The notes below the pieces were generated by a model. The model saw nothing but the letters and a program-made list of their open reading frames with translations, did not search any database and had not been told where the DNA came from. Shown here piece by piece: positions 29,166 through 38,640 of a DNA stretch of 64,000 bases. A program made the position numbers and the translations under genes. The stretch is taken from the IMG/VR virus record IMGVR_UViG_3300037424_001446; one strand, 5' to 3'. Within the stretch, counting starts at the first letter, position 1; every line of letters starts with the position of its first letter. Origin of the DNA: an uncultured virus (IMG/VR IMGVR_UViG_3300037424_001446). Its lineage: Duplodnaviria; Heunggongvirae; Uroviricota; Caudoviricetes.

Positions 29166-32157
29166 CGATGGCCTCCAGGGCTGTAACGCGATCCTTTCCC
29201 TTGCTTTCCAACTCACGCCAGGCCATAAGCTGGTTATAGGCCAATCCTCCCACCATGCTCAGGATTTCCTTGACCGTGCTGGGCAATGCTGGCGTTTCCT
29301 CATCTTCCGTTTCGGGATCAAAAACCGGTTTTTCTAATTCTGCCAGCGTTTTAGCCTTAACCGGTTCGAGCTCTTGCTCTTTGGGTTTTGTCCAGGTTTC
29401 GGTATCTTCCAACTCAGCCGCTTCCCGTTTGGCCTGTTCCAACGCGGCAACCGGATTCATCGGGGGCGCGGGCGGGCGGGCGGGCGCGGCCGGAGCGACC
29501 GGCATCGTGGGCGGAGGGGCCTCCGCCTGAACAGAGCGCACCTGACGCCATTTGCCAGTGGCAAGCAACGTGGGGGCATCTTCCGGATGGGCATCAATGT
29601 ATCGGTGCATCGTATTATTGCCGCCCTTATAGGTGCGCCCATCTTTGCCCCGATAAGTGACAGATCCGGCGCCCTCTCCAACAAATTCCAACCTAACTTT
29701 TCCAGCCATGATAGAACCTCCATTGTTTGACGCGCTTAAATCGATATAAGATGAATTGGCCCGGGCAATAATCGCCTTAGCCTTCAACAAGGCATCTGCA
29801 TTGCCTCCGCAACATTGACTCATTTCTTTTGTTCCTTTCCAATATGGATTATACCTTTTTCGCAGCTCCCCAAGAAGCTCATGGGCATTTTCCAATGATG
29901 TTTCCCGCCGCGTTCCCGTATCCATACGATAAACTAAAAGGGCCTCCGGAAGCCTTTTCCCGTGAATGCCGGCTACAGCGCATTTTACGAAGAAATCCCA
30001 ATCTTCCCAGCCATTCATGGTTTCATCAAACCCGTTGATATCCAGGGCATCCTTACGGGCCATCAAAACCGTTATAGCATGCTGCCCGCGCTCGAACCAG
30101 GCTAAAGGATCGTACTCAGGGACATCGTAGCGGCTCATTTCCCCATCGCGAATGGCCAGCCAATCCGTATAGATATAACGGCCTTCCGCCCCGGAATAGG
30201 CCTCCCCCATTTCTGCAAGGGCCGTGGGCATTAGATAATCATCGGCATCCAAGAATAAAACCAGGGGGGCGCGGGCAACTGCCAGGCCGGCATTTCTAGC
30301 GGCGCCTGCCCCATGGCGCTTGTCGGGGTCCATCCGGATCCATTTAACAAACGGGTAAATTCTCTTCAGATTGGATACATCCCCATCGGTATCCAGGATG
30401 GCTATAACTTCCCAATTCCTGGCGGTTTGCCCCAACAGGCTATCCAGGGCGGATGATAGGTAGTTTTCGTGGTAGGGCCCAACTGGTATGATGACCGATA
30501 CAGCCGGATCTGAATAAGACCGAACCAAAGGCGGATTTGTGGCCGGCGCCCCCATGGGGTATTGTAAATCTTTCATCCATGGGTGCCAGGTGTCCGTGGC
30601 TACATATTTTCTCTGCCGGCTGGCAGAGTCTTCGTGCCAGCGATAATGAAAGAACGGCTCTTGTGTTACTTTGGCAGCCCGAAAGCCTATTGATAGCCCT
30701 CGGGTCCATAATTCGGCATCTTCCCCGGGTGCATAAGCCTGATTATAGCCCCCGGATCTCTCCCACATATCCCGCCTGAACATGCAGGCGGATGGGATAC
30801 AATTTATTGGAGGAACGTTTGGGGTGCATTGCTGTTCCCAATTGAACTCCGGTGGCCAATGCGTGGGTGATATCCCGCCCGCATCATTGAAAAGCTGAAG
30901 GCCGGTATAGCCAATCCCGAGGCCGCGATCATCCATAAGAGCCTGGCGCAAAACCTGTATAAATTGGGGCGCGAGCTTATCATCTGCATCCAAACAAACA
31001 ATAAAATCCGAACTGGCCGCGCTAATTCCATTGTTCCTGGCAGCCGATACCCCCTGATTGGTCTGAGCAATGATCCGGATCCGTGGATTAGCCCCGTACA
31101 ACTCTTCCAGCATTTCAGGGCTGTTATCCGTTGAACCGTCATCAACGATGATAATTTCATCGGGCGGATAGATCTGATTGAGCACACTTTCTACCGCGGC
31201 CTTAATATAATGGGCATAGTTGTGGTTGGGAATAATCACGGCCACGCGCTGATTTTCGGCTGCCTGACGATCTAGGATCGATCGATAGAAATCAACATAA
31301 AGCGGCATGATCGCTTCCCAGGTGTAATTTTCCAGGACCCTCCGCCTGGCCATTGCCGACAGATCCCGCCAATGTTTTTTGATGTATTCATAGCCATACA
31401 TCAAAGCATCGATATCGCCGGGCGGCGCCAGGTAGCCATCAACTCCCTGGCGAACGATATCGACAACCCCGCCATGCGAATAACCCAATACGGGCACCCC
31501 CGCGGCCATTGCTTCAAGGATGCCAATCCCAAAAGTTTCTTTGGCCGTGGCCAGATAAACGGATGCCCCGCGGATCACTTCTTTCATTTCGTGGTGGGGA
31601 ATGGCCCCGGTCAATTTCATGTTTTTCAGGAGCGGCTTCCCAAATGCGTTAAAAGTAGTAACCACGGATAATCCGCGGTTGGCCAACTCCCAAATTGGCG
31701 TGGGATCGCAAACATCCACATCTCCCCGGTTTTTATTCCATAAAATATATCCCTCCGGCTTGCCTGGCTTCCAGGCTTCCGGATCGATCCCATGGCCAAT
31801 AACTGCCGGCTGCAGGCGCATATCTCGCCTGAAAGGCTCAGCTACCCAGGCGGAAGGAACTGTCAGGCCCAACGATTGGCGGATCGCCTCAATTATTTGA
31901 GCGTTCGTTTTGTGATGATAATTGGAGAGCCGGCCCCCATCCGGATCCCCGGTCCAATAAAGCCCATGGCAATGTAGAACGTCAACGCGTGGGAGCGTGC
32001 CCCGGGTTACGTGGGCAGCTATGATATCCGCTTGCTCAGGGGTCGCAACAATTTCAACTCCCAGGCCCGGGAGATACTTATGCTGAGCATGGATAACCTG
32101 GCCAATCCCATTATCGGTTTTGATTTGATCCGCGGTGGGGGCTATGAATATTTTCAT
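29128..32157 (-). CDS. Multidomain glycosyltransferase (GT4 + GT2 + GT2 + C-terminal extension)
   Basis: ETFGIGILEAMAAG (GT-B); VAVIIP..VDDGSTD..ARNNG..LDADD; VSVIIP..ARNAG..FLDADD..WEDWDF. Confidence 0.92.
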   Translation of the reverse strand: MKIFIAPTADQIKTDNGIGQVIHAQHKYLPGLGVEIVATPEQADIIAAHVTRGTLPRVDVLHCHGLYWTGDPDGGRLSNYHHKTNAQIIEAIRQSLGLTVPSAWVAEPFRRDMRLQPAVIGHGIDPEAWKPGKPEGYILWNKNRGDVDVCDPTPIWELANRGLSVVTTFNAFGKPLLKNMKLTGAIPHHEMKEVIRGASVYLATAKETFGIGILEAMAAGVPVLGYSHGGVVDIVRQGVDGYLAPPGDIDALMYGYEYIKKHWRDLSAMARRRVLENYTWEAIMPLYVDFYRSILDRQAAENQRVAVIIPNHNYAHYIKAAVESVLNQIYPPDEIIIVDDGSTDNSPEMLEELYGANPRIRIIAQTNQGVSAARNNGISAASSDFIVCLDADDKLAPQFIQVLRQALMDDRGLGIGYTGLQLFNDAGGISPTHWPPEFNWEQQCTPNVPPINCIPSACMFRRDMWERSGGYNQAYAPGEDAELWTRGLSIGFRAAKVTQEPFFHYRWHEDSASRQRKYVATDTWHPWMKDLQYPMGAPATNPPLVRSYSDPAVSVIIPVGPYHENYLSSALDSLLGQTARNWEVIAILDTDGDVSNLKRIYPFVKWIRMDPDKRHGAGAARNAGLAVARAPLVLFLDADDYLMPTALAEMGEAYSGAEGRYIYTDWLAIRDGEMSRYDVPEYDPLAWFERGQHAITVLMARKDALDINGFDETMNGWEDWDFFVKCAVAGIHGKRLPEALLVYRMDTGTRRETSLENAHELLGELRKRYNPYWKGTKEMSQCCGGNADALLKAKAIIARANSSYIDLSASNNGGSIMAGKVRLEFVGEGAGSVTYRGKDGRTYKGGNNTMHRYIDAHPEDAPTLLATGKWRQVRSVQAEAPPPTMPVAPAAPARPPAPPMNPVAALEQAKREAAELEDTETWTKPKEQELEPVKAKTLAELEKPVFDPETEDEETPALPSTVKEILSMVGGLAYNQLMAWRELESKGKDRVTALEAIDAEIEKRYGEEA

Positions 32158-32164
32158 TGTTTTC

Positions 32165-32344
32165 TCAAAAGAGCTTTACTCCGAGCACTAATTGAAGAAG
32201 AAGGTAGATTGCAATGATCGCAATGAGCACATAAGCAATCCATTTTGCATTGGCCAAATTGGTAGGGAACGGGATTTGCCCGACAACCCAAAACAAGATC
32301 CATATAACAATCAAAACAACTATCAAGGTTATTATTGTTTCCAT
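32165..32344 (-). CDS. 59 aa two-TM membrane protein, absent from the ORF track
   Basis: METIITLIVVLIVIWILFWVVGQIPFP...LQLVLGVKLF with GAGGAG RBS. Confidence 0.8.
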   Translation of the reverse strand: METIITLIVVLIVIWILFWVVGQIPFPTNLANAKWIAYVLIAIIAIYLLLQLVLGVKLF

Positions 32345-32388
32345 TTTATTTCTCCTCTTTCCGAATAATAAATCTTAGGTAACGCTGA

Positions 32389-33150
32389 TCAGCCTCTCAA
32401 TCCAATCAAGTAATAAGCTCCAACCGGATTGGCCGGCTGTAATAACCATCGGCTGTTTGGGCCAAACTGGAATGGAAGCATCCCAAAATACTCGCTGTTA
32501 TCCATATCGAAATGGATCAAATTGAAAGCAAAAAGATAATCTCTGGCAGGCCATAAATTGATGATCTGCCCCCGTTTATCTATGGGCATCTCGGAAAGAC
32601 TGTGGCAAGCGATCATCAAATCAATTGGCCCCAAATCGGGCGGCGTAGTGTTTAGATCTATCCAAAAAGTGTTTTCTGTTCCAACCGTATTGGATAGATA
32701 AAATTCCTGAAGGGCAGCGAACTCGGGAAGATCAAATATATAATATTTCCCCTTGAAGCCCAGGCGGCGCCAAACTTTGGCCATAGATCCATACCCTCCC
32801 CCAATCTCCAGGACCGTTTTTGCCTCTACCAATCCCTTCAATCCGCCCTTTGCCTGAAGATACTGCATTAAATGATAAAGTTGATGCTTATCATTCGAAT
32901 CTAGCCCATCTTCGAGCTCATTATCGAACTCTCCCCACCCAAAATCCCAAATTGCCTGGCGTTCCCAACGTAGATAGGGCGCCTCCGATCCAACAAACAT
33001 GGTGGATTGTACGACTGGCCAGGTCATAAATTGAAAGGGATTGCCATTCTGGATATAATCACGGATTTCCTTCCGCCTATCATTCCAGAATGTTTCTCCC
33101 TCAATTGCCGGCAGTAGCGATATTTTCTTTCGTAGCTGAATGGTGTCCAT
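32389..33150 (-). CDS. Putative sugar O-methyltransferase
   Basis: VLEIGGGYGSM, YYIFDLPE..ALQEFYL, ACHSLSEMP. Confidence 0.8.
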   Translation of the reverse strand: MDTIQLRKKISLLPAIEGETFWNDRRKEIRDYIQNGNPFQFMTWPVVQSTMFVGSEAPYLRWERQAIWDFGWGEFDNELEDGLDSNDKHQLYHLMQYLQAKGGLKGLVEAKTVLEIGGGYGSMAKVWRRLGFKGKYYIFDLPEFAALQEFYLSNTVGTENTFWIDLNTTPPDLGPIDLMIACHSLSEMPIDKRGQIINLWPARDYLFAFNLIHFDMDNSEYFGMLPFQFGPNSRWLLQPANPVGAYYLIGLRG

Positions 33151-34360
33151 CAAAATTTGGCTTTCCACTGAAATAATCATCAAAGACTTCTACAACGTAT
33201 TGCATATCATCCGGCTCTAAATATTGGTGACAACCAACATAGAATCCGGATTTCCGGATCCATTCCGATATTGGATAATCGAATGGGTCTAACGCTGCAT
33301 AGCTGGGCTGGCCAATGATCGGGAGCATATCCCGGGTTTCGATGCCGGCAGCGTTCAAATACTCCAATAAGGGCTCTTTGGATATCAAGATCCCTTTTTT
33401 GGGCGCCAGGATGACCGGATACATCATCCAAGAATGAGTATTCTCGGGTAGGGTTTCCGGCAAAATCAACGGATTGTCATGGTAGCGATTAACTAAATTA
33501 TTGAGCCCAGCACGCAGATGAGCTGCGTTTCTTCGCCGCGTCCGGATCATATTTCCCCAGGTTTCAAGCTGCGCCAGGCCCAAAGCGGCTTCGAACTCCG
33601 TTATTCTGAAGGAATGCCCCACGGCATCAAACTGAAAGCGGCGCCCTGGCATTGGCTGAGGGCTGAAATTGGCATCCGGATTGAGAAATTCCAACTGCAG
33701 ACCATGATTGACAAGGCTCCGCATTTTGGCGGCGTAATCCGGATTATTGGTGGTGGATAATCCCCCAACCCCCGTTACTAACAGGTGAGCAACGTAAGTA
33801 GAGAAGCAACCAATATCCCCCCAGCTCCCCACGGGCTTCTTGTGGTGGGTAGCAAACATGGTTTCACAGGAATCCTCAATAACCTGCATTCCGAGGCGCG
33901 AGGCAATCTCTGTGATTTCCTTTAGCCGGCATGCCTGGCCAAAGAGATTCACGGCTATAATAGCCCTGGTTTTGGGGGTCCAGGCTTCCAATATCCCTTC
34001 CGGATCCAATCCATAGGCCAGGGATTCGATATCCACAAAAACAGGTTTCATCCGGTTATGGATAACAATATTAGGCGTGGCAACGAACGTAGTGGCCGGC
34101 ACAATTATTTCATCCCCATCCTGCCAGCCATGGATTTCTTTCATAGCCTGTAAAGCAACATGTAATGCAGATGTGCCAGAATTGGAAAGAATTGCATAGG
34201 TACAGCCATGCAAATTGGCGAATTTGGTTTCGAACTCTCTGGACATTGGCCCATAAGATATTTGGCCGCTATCCAAAACCCGAGTGATCAACTCCCGCAT
34301 GCGGGGGGTTGCCTGGAATCCGCCTACCCCAACCTTCCGCCGGCCTCCATAATAGACCAT
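33101..34360 (-). CDS. DegT/DnrJ/EryC1/StrS NDP-sugar aminotransferase family protein
   Basis: NSGTSALH, VPATTF, IEDSCE, CFSTYVAH (His where the PLP Lys usually sits). Confidence 0.92.
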   Translation of the reverse strand: MVYYGGRRKVGVGGFQATPRMRELITRVLDSGQISYGPMSREFETKFANLHGCTYAILSNSGTSALHVALQAMKEIHGWQDGDEIIVPATTFVATPNIVIHNRMKPVFVDIESLAYGLDPEGILEAWTPKTRAIIAVNLFGQACRLKEITEIASRLGMQVIEDSCETMFATHHKKPVGSWGDIGCFSTYVAHLLVTGVGGLSTTNNPDYAAKMRSLVNHGLQLEFLNPDANFSPQPMPGRRFQFDAVGHSFRITEFEAALGLAQLETWGNMIRTRRRNAAHLRAGLNNLVNRYHDNPLILPETLPENTHSWMMYPVILAPKKGILISKEPLLEYLNAAGIETRDMLPIIGQPSYAALDPFDYPISEWIRKSGFYVGCHQYLEPDDMQYVVEVFDDYFSGKPNFDGHHSATKENIATAGN

Positions 34361-34361
34361 A

Positions 34362-35102
34362 TCAGCCCTCTTTTCTAAGATAGCCCAGCATTTTCAACTC
34401 GATTATATCCTCAACGCGTAAATAAGCCGTATCTAATATCCCGGGCCGGCTGGCACGGAAGGCCAATCCATGGCGTACTGGCCATTGCCGGGTACCCAAC
34501 ACAATATATCTATCCCGCATTCCGGATAGCCTGGGGGTGCCGGCTAATTCTACATCCTGAGCGGTCCAACCTGGTTGTAGGATCTCCAACATGGCATCCC
34601 GGCGCCAGATCCCGGTGATCAAACTCATGTGATATTGCAGGGTTGGATCGGATTGGATCAAATCCAAATAACCAACATGGCCATAATCAGGGATATCCTG
34701 AGGATAGCGCGGCCCAAATGAAAACAGGCGGTCTGTGGTCAGGTCTATCCTGGCCACATATTTAAATTGTTGCATATAGTAATAAAGGATCGAAACCGCG
34801 TTGGTATTGACCGGCCTGATCAGGAAATAATCTTCCAGCATGAAAACAAAAACCTCATCGGGCATCGCCTGGAGAAACCGGATCGCGGCATCCGACCATT
34901 TTTGAGCTGGATAATCAGCAAAATTTCCAATTGAATAATAGGTAGCGTAGGGGGGTAATTCCCATTCGGGAGGCGTAAAGCCGGCTACAACGACCTGGGG
35001 GATCGGCTGCCAGTATTTTTCCAGCAGCCAAAACCAGGCTTTCAGAGCCCATTGGTAGTGATCAGAGGTGAATACAAAAATCCGATAAGCGGGGGTTGTC
35101 AT
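34362..35102 (-). CDS. Putative GT-A glycosyltransferase
   Basis: VFTSDHY...KWSD...FMLEDYFL; context. Confidence 0.55.
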   Translation of the reverse strand: MTTPAYRIFVFTSDHYQWALKAWFWLLEKYWQPIPQVVVAGFTPPEWELPPYATYYSIGNFADYPAQKWSDAAIRFLQAMPDEVFVFMLEDYFLIRPVNTNAVSILYYYMQQFKYVARIDLTTDRLFSFGPRYPQDIPDYGHVGYLDLIQSDPTLQYHMSLITGIWRRDAMLEILQPGWTAQDVELAGTPRLSGMRDRYIVLGTRQWPVRHGLAFRASRPGILDTAYLRVEDIIELKMLGYLRKEG

Positions 35103-35273
35103 GCTGGCATCCTATATAAAAACGCCCGCGCCAGGCCGGCGCGGGCGGGAATCCCTAATCGATCCGATTTACAGATCGAACTGGCCGGCGTTATGGGCCA
35201 TGCCCACATTATACACGAAAGAACGGAGATCCTCCCGGGCAATCCCGGGAGGATCTTGATTAAAATCCAAACG

Positions 35274-36755
35274 TTATGCGGTTGGGCTGTAGAACGATGG
35301 GCCGTAGCCGTTTCGATCCGTGCGCCCGCCATCAACGAAGTATGCGCTATCAGTGAACGGGCTGCGCTCATGCTCCAACGGTTCGCACTTCACATCTGTT
35401 AACCTGGCTGCCAGGTAGGGGGTGAGAAGCATCAACCGCGGGATCATATAGCTTACCAACTGCACACAGAGATTTGTGGGCGGTTTCTTGTGCCAGAGGA
35501 AGCGACCACCATCCGAGGTGAAATAGCTGTCTGACGGAGCGAATACCCGCGCCATTTCCATTGGCCCATTGGGGCTTTCATAGTTGAAATGCTCCCAATA
35601 GGTTACCGGGCGGCCTCCCATAACGGTCAAGGGCACGAAATAGATATCGCTGGTAAACGTGCCATCCTGGTTTTCGGTTTCATCGATTGCGTCATCAACG
35701 ATAACGGAAATGCGCTGGCCATCGATCAGCAGATATTGGCCAGTATAGTTTTCCAGATCCCCGCGCATATCATCACGCATCCGCTCAGCCGCGCCCGAAT
35801 CCACGAATTGGGTTGTTCCAGATTGCGGGATACACCGATAAGACAGGTAAGAGCATGGCCAGCCTTCCGTGATCTGGTAAAACAGGTTGTATGTCATGGT
35901 GAGCTGGATTTGGGCAGGCGCCAGGCCGGCCCTTACTGCCAGGTGCCGAAGATTGCGGTAAATATTGGTGATCTGGCGGATCAAGGCAACCATATTATCT
36001 TCCGCCTTGAGGCCTCCAAAGCTGCGAACAATCGAATCGGCAGCCGGGCAGGCTACTCCGGTTTCGGCATCACGATAACCGGTATTGATCAGCACATCCA
36101 GGCCATAAAATTCCTTATACCCGCCCCCAGCCGTGTTATTGGTTGGATTGCCGGTATAGGTGATTTTGGCGAAATCCCGCGACCAGGAAACGCCCAACTC
36201 AAAGATCGATTTGCCGATTTCATTCCTGGCGGCACTCTGCAAATTGGCCCCTGCCGGAAGCAAGGGAAGATTTGGGTTATTGCCGGCGCCCTGGAATGGA
36301 TCACCAAACACATTGAAGTCAAAGAACTCACCTCGATTGGTGACCTGGCCAACGCGGTCGATATCGAAAACGCGGGTTTGCCGGCTGAAGCGACCATAAA
36401 CAAAAGAATGCATGCAGAGTTTGGTCAGGCCCGCGCTGGGCGGATCATCGCAAACCCCGGTCGGCTCTGATCCGGTCGTAGCGGTAACGCCCGTGATAAT
36501 CCCGAATAGCGGATTGGTTTCGTTATTAAAGGAAACCGGCAGGCGCGATTGCAAACCGATCTTGGGAAGGATCATTGCGGAAAATAGATTCTGAGAAAGC
36601 CCTGGGTAGCTGAATAGACCACCATCCCCGTGCCCGTAATATACGGTTGGGGTTGATCCTGGGCTTGTGTGCTTCAGGCGCGTTCCCGCCTGCCCGCCGC
36701 TAAACTGCTTAATCATCTTGGCTGCCAATTGTTCATAATCAATTACTTGGTTCAT
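35274..36755 (-). CDS. Major capsid protein
   Basis: Follows the protease/scaffold gene; AGGAGG RBS; TYTGNP...EFYGLDVLI HK97-like pattern. Confidence 0.85.
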   Translation of the reverse strand: MNQVIDYEQLAAKMIKQFSGGQAGTRLKHTSPGSTPTVYYGHGDGGLFSYPGLSQNLFSAMILPKIGLQSRLPVSFNNETNPLFGIITGVTATTGSEPTGVCDDPPSAGLTKLCMHSFVYGRFSRQTRVFDIDRVGQVTNRGEFFDFNVFGDPFQGAGNNPNLPLLPAGANLQSAARNEIGKSIFELGVSWSRDFAKITYTGNPTNNTAGGGYKEFYGLDVLINTGYRDAETGVACPAADSIVRSFGGLKAEDNMVALIRQITNIYRNLRHLAVRAGLAPAQIQLTMTYNLFYQITEGWPCSYLSYRCIPQSGTTQFVDSGAAERMRDDMRGDLENYTGQYLLIDGQRISVIVDDAIDETENQDGTFTSDIYFVPLTVMGGRPVTYWEHFNYESPNGPMEMARVFAPSDSYFTSDGGRFLWHKKPPTNLCVQLVSYMIPRLMLLTPYLAARLTDVKCEPLEHERSPFTDSAYFVDGGRTDRNGYGPSFYSPTA

Positions 36756-36813
36756 GATTCGCCTCCTGATATTATCTACAATTCAATGATTGATGGCTTG
36801 ATTATTGCCCGGC

Positions 36814-38640
36814 TTATTCAGCCGGATGGCCCTGCAAAACCCATTCGGAAAAGCCCCCTAATGGATCCCCGTGAGGGGCGGCATCCTTCAGCCGGCTATC
36901 TTCCTCTTGCAGGTTGTCATCGGCCTCAGATGGAACATAGGCGCCCCCAGCCGCGGGCGGCATATCACCTTTCAGGGTTTTCAACTCTTTGGCAAGGGTG
37001 CCGATCTTCTTTTCCAATCCGATAATGGTTTTAGCCTGTTCCGCCTGGCTGGTATTGGCAGCTTCTTTCTGGCTGGCACCCATTTCCTCGATGGATTTGA
37101 GGCGGGTCAAAACAGGGGTCAGGGCATCCGCGAAAACGGTTGCCATGATGCGGGCATACTCATCCGGATTCATATCCCCGAGATACGGCCCGCCGTAATC
37201 CTTTTCTCCCTCTTCCTCAGTTTCTTCCTCGGATTCTTCCTCAGTTTCCACTTCGGTTTCTTCCTCGGTTTCTTCTGCCTCGTCATCCGCCATGGGCGGA
37301 ACGGGAGGTTTCTTCTTCGCCTTTTCGGCAAAATCCAGGCCGGCCGCGGCCGCGTCTTTCTGGACATTTTTGGCCCCCTCCAAAATCGCGCCTGCCAACT
37401 CAGGATCGTCTACCAGCGCCTTCAAAGCCTTAATCTTTTCTGCTAAAGTGGACATAGCTGACTCCTTTCGTAAAGTTACAAAATCTGTTAATTGATTGGC
37501 TACCCTGCCCCGCGGTACCAAAGACCGTTCATACCTTCTGATCGTGTGGAAAACCCCCCTATCATCCGGCTCGGAAAGCGGATGGTTAAACCCTAAAGAA
37601 ATCTGGTAATCTCCCCCGCGCTCTTCCAGGGCGGCGCCAATTTCCTTGTAACGGAACGTGCCTCCCTCGATAAGCGTGGGCCCATACACCATATTAAACG
37701 TGCAATCTCCAACATCAACCCCGGGAATATGCCAAAAGCGGAGCGGCCCATAATCGCCTGATAGATCCGCCCGATCGCAATCCTCCGCCAGGGCCTTGAG
37801 GGACACAATTTCCCTATCCCTATCACGGAACGCATTGGATGAATAAGCAATCCAGATATATTCCCCATCGGCATTTTTGAAAACCTTTATCCGGCTGCCC
37901 GTGTTCAAAACGCCGGCCTGATCCGCCTTTTGGCGATTGCCCATCGATCCTTTGAACTGCTTAATAATGATCCGCTTTGTGGCTGAAACCGTTCCAAGAT
38001 CATAATCAAAGCGGGCATCCCCCCAGGCCACAGTTATCGTATCAAACGTAATTGGCAGGGCCGGAATTGGAGCGGCCTGGGGGGTTGGGGCATCCTCCGG
38101 AATGTATGCCAGGGTGATGTGGGGAGTAAAACCATGATTAGATAAAATGGGCTGGCCATTACTCTCCAGGGCAGCGATAAGATCCTGACGGAATGAATTT
38201 AATTCCGGAGCGTCAAAACTTGCATAAAAAGGATTGGTGCCATCCTCTTCAACCTTCAGGAAACGCCCAACTCCCCCAATTTGCCCGCTAAGCGGTTGAT
38301 GGGTGCCGGCAAAATCTTCAACGATTTCGGTAAGTTTATCGATCGGGATTCTTGTATGATCGGTATCCTCGAGATAGGCCAGGGTAATGTGAAAATCCGT
38401 GGGCGGGAGCGGTTGGCTGCCAGCCGGAAGATCCATCGGCTGAAGGATCAGGGGAGCCGTGAGCTCGGGGGGAACAAATAAAGCGACCATAACGCCCGTG
38501 TGTGGTGCCCGGGTAAACGCCTTGGTGCGTTTCACCTGCCTCCCGGTCAGCTTATCCCAATTCAGGGCCGCGGCCATAGAATCGGCGCCCACATCAGCCA
38601 AAGATCGGTGTTTCTTAGATAAGGGCGGTATTTTCTTCAT
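36814..38640 (-). CDS. 2H phosphoesterase fused to HK97-type prohead protease and acidic scaffold
   Basis: FHITLAY and PHITLAY; RDRDREIV, PLRFWH, ISLGF, YERSLVP..VAN; Glu-rich coiled-coil tail. Confidence 0.82.
   Translation of the reverse strand: MKKIPPLSKKHRSLADVGADSMAAALNWDKLTGRQVKRTKAFTRAPHTGVMVALFVPPELTAPLILQPMDLPAGSQPLPPTDFHITLAYLEDTDHTRIPIDKLTEIVEDFAGTHQPLSGQIGGVGRFLKVEEDGTNPFYASFDAPELNSFRQDLIAALESNGQPILSNHGFTPHITLAYIPEDAPTPQAAPIPALPITFDTITVAWGDARFDYDLGTVSATKRIIIKQFKGSMGNRQKADQAGVLNTGSRIKVFKNADGEYIWIAYSSNAFRDRDREIVSLKALAEDCDRADLSGDYGPLRFWHIPGVDVGDCTFNMVYGPTLIEGGTFRYKEIGAALEERGGDYQISLGFNHPLSEPDDRGVFHTIRRYERSLVPRGRVANQLTDFVTLRKESAMSTLAEKIKALKALVDDPELAGAILEGAKNVQKDAAAAGLDFAEKAKKKPPVPPMADDEAEETEEETEVETEEESEEETEEEGEKDYGGPYLGDMNPDEYARIMATVFADALTPVLTRLKSIEEMGASQKEAANTSQAEQAKTIIGLEKKIGTLAKELKTLKGDMPPAAGGAYVPSEADDNLQEEDSRLKDAAPHGDPLGGFSEWVLQGHPAE

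Noticed and set aside
35099..35371. 90 aa minus-strand ORF after the capsid gene
   Set aside because: Overlaps the capsid end and a region with inverted repeats; no RBS or protein-like features.
35589..36470. 293 aa plus-strand ORF, and similar ones such as 21943-22701 and 36871-37446
   Set aside because: Antisense shadows of well-supported minus-strand genes, with no RBS or motifs.
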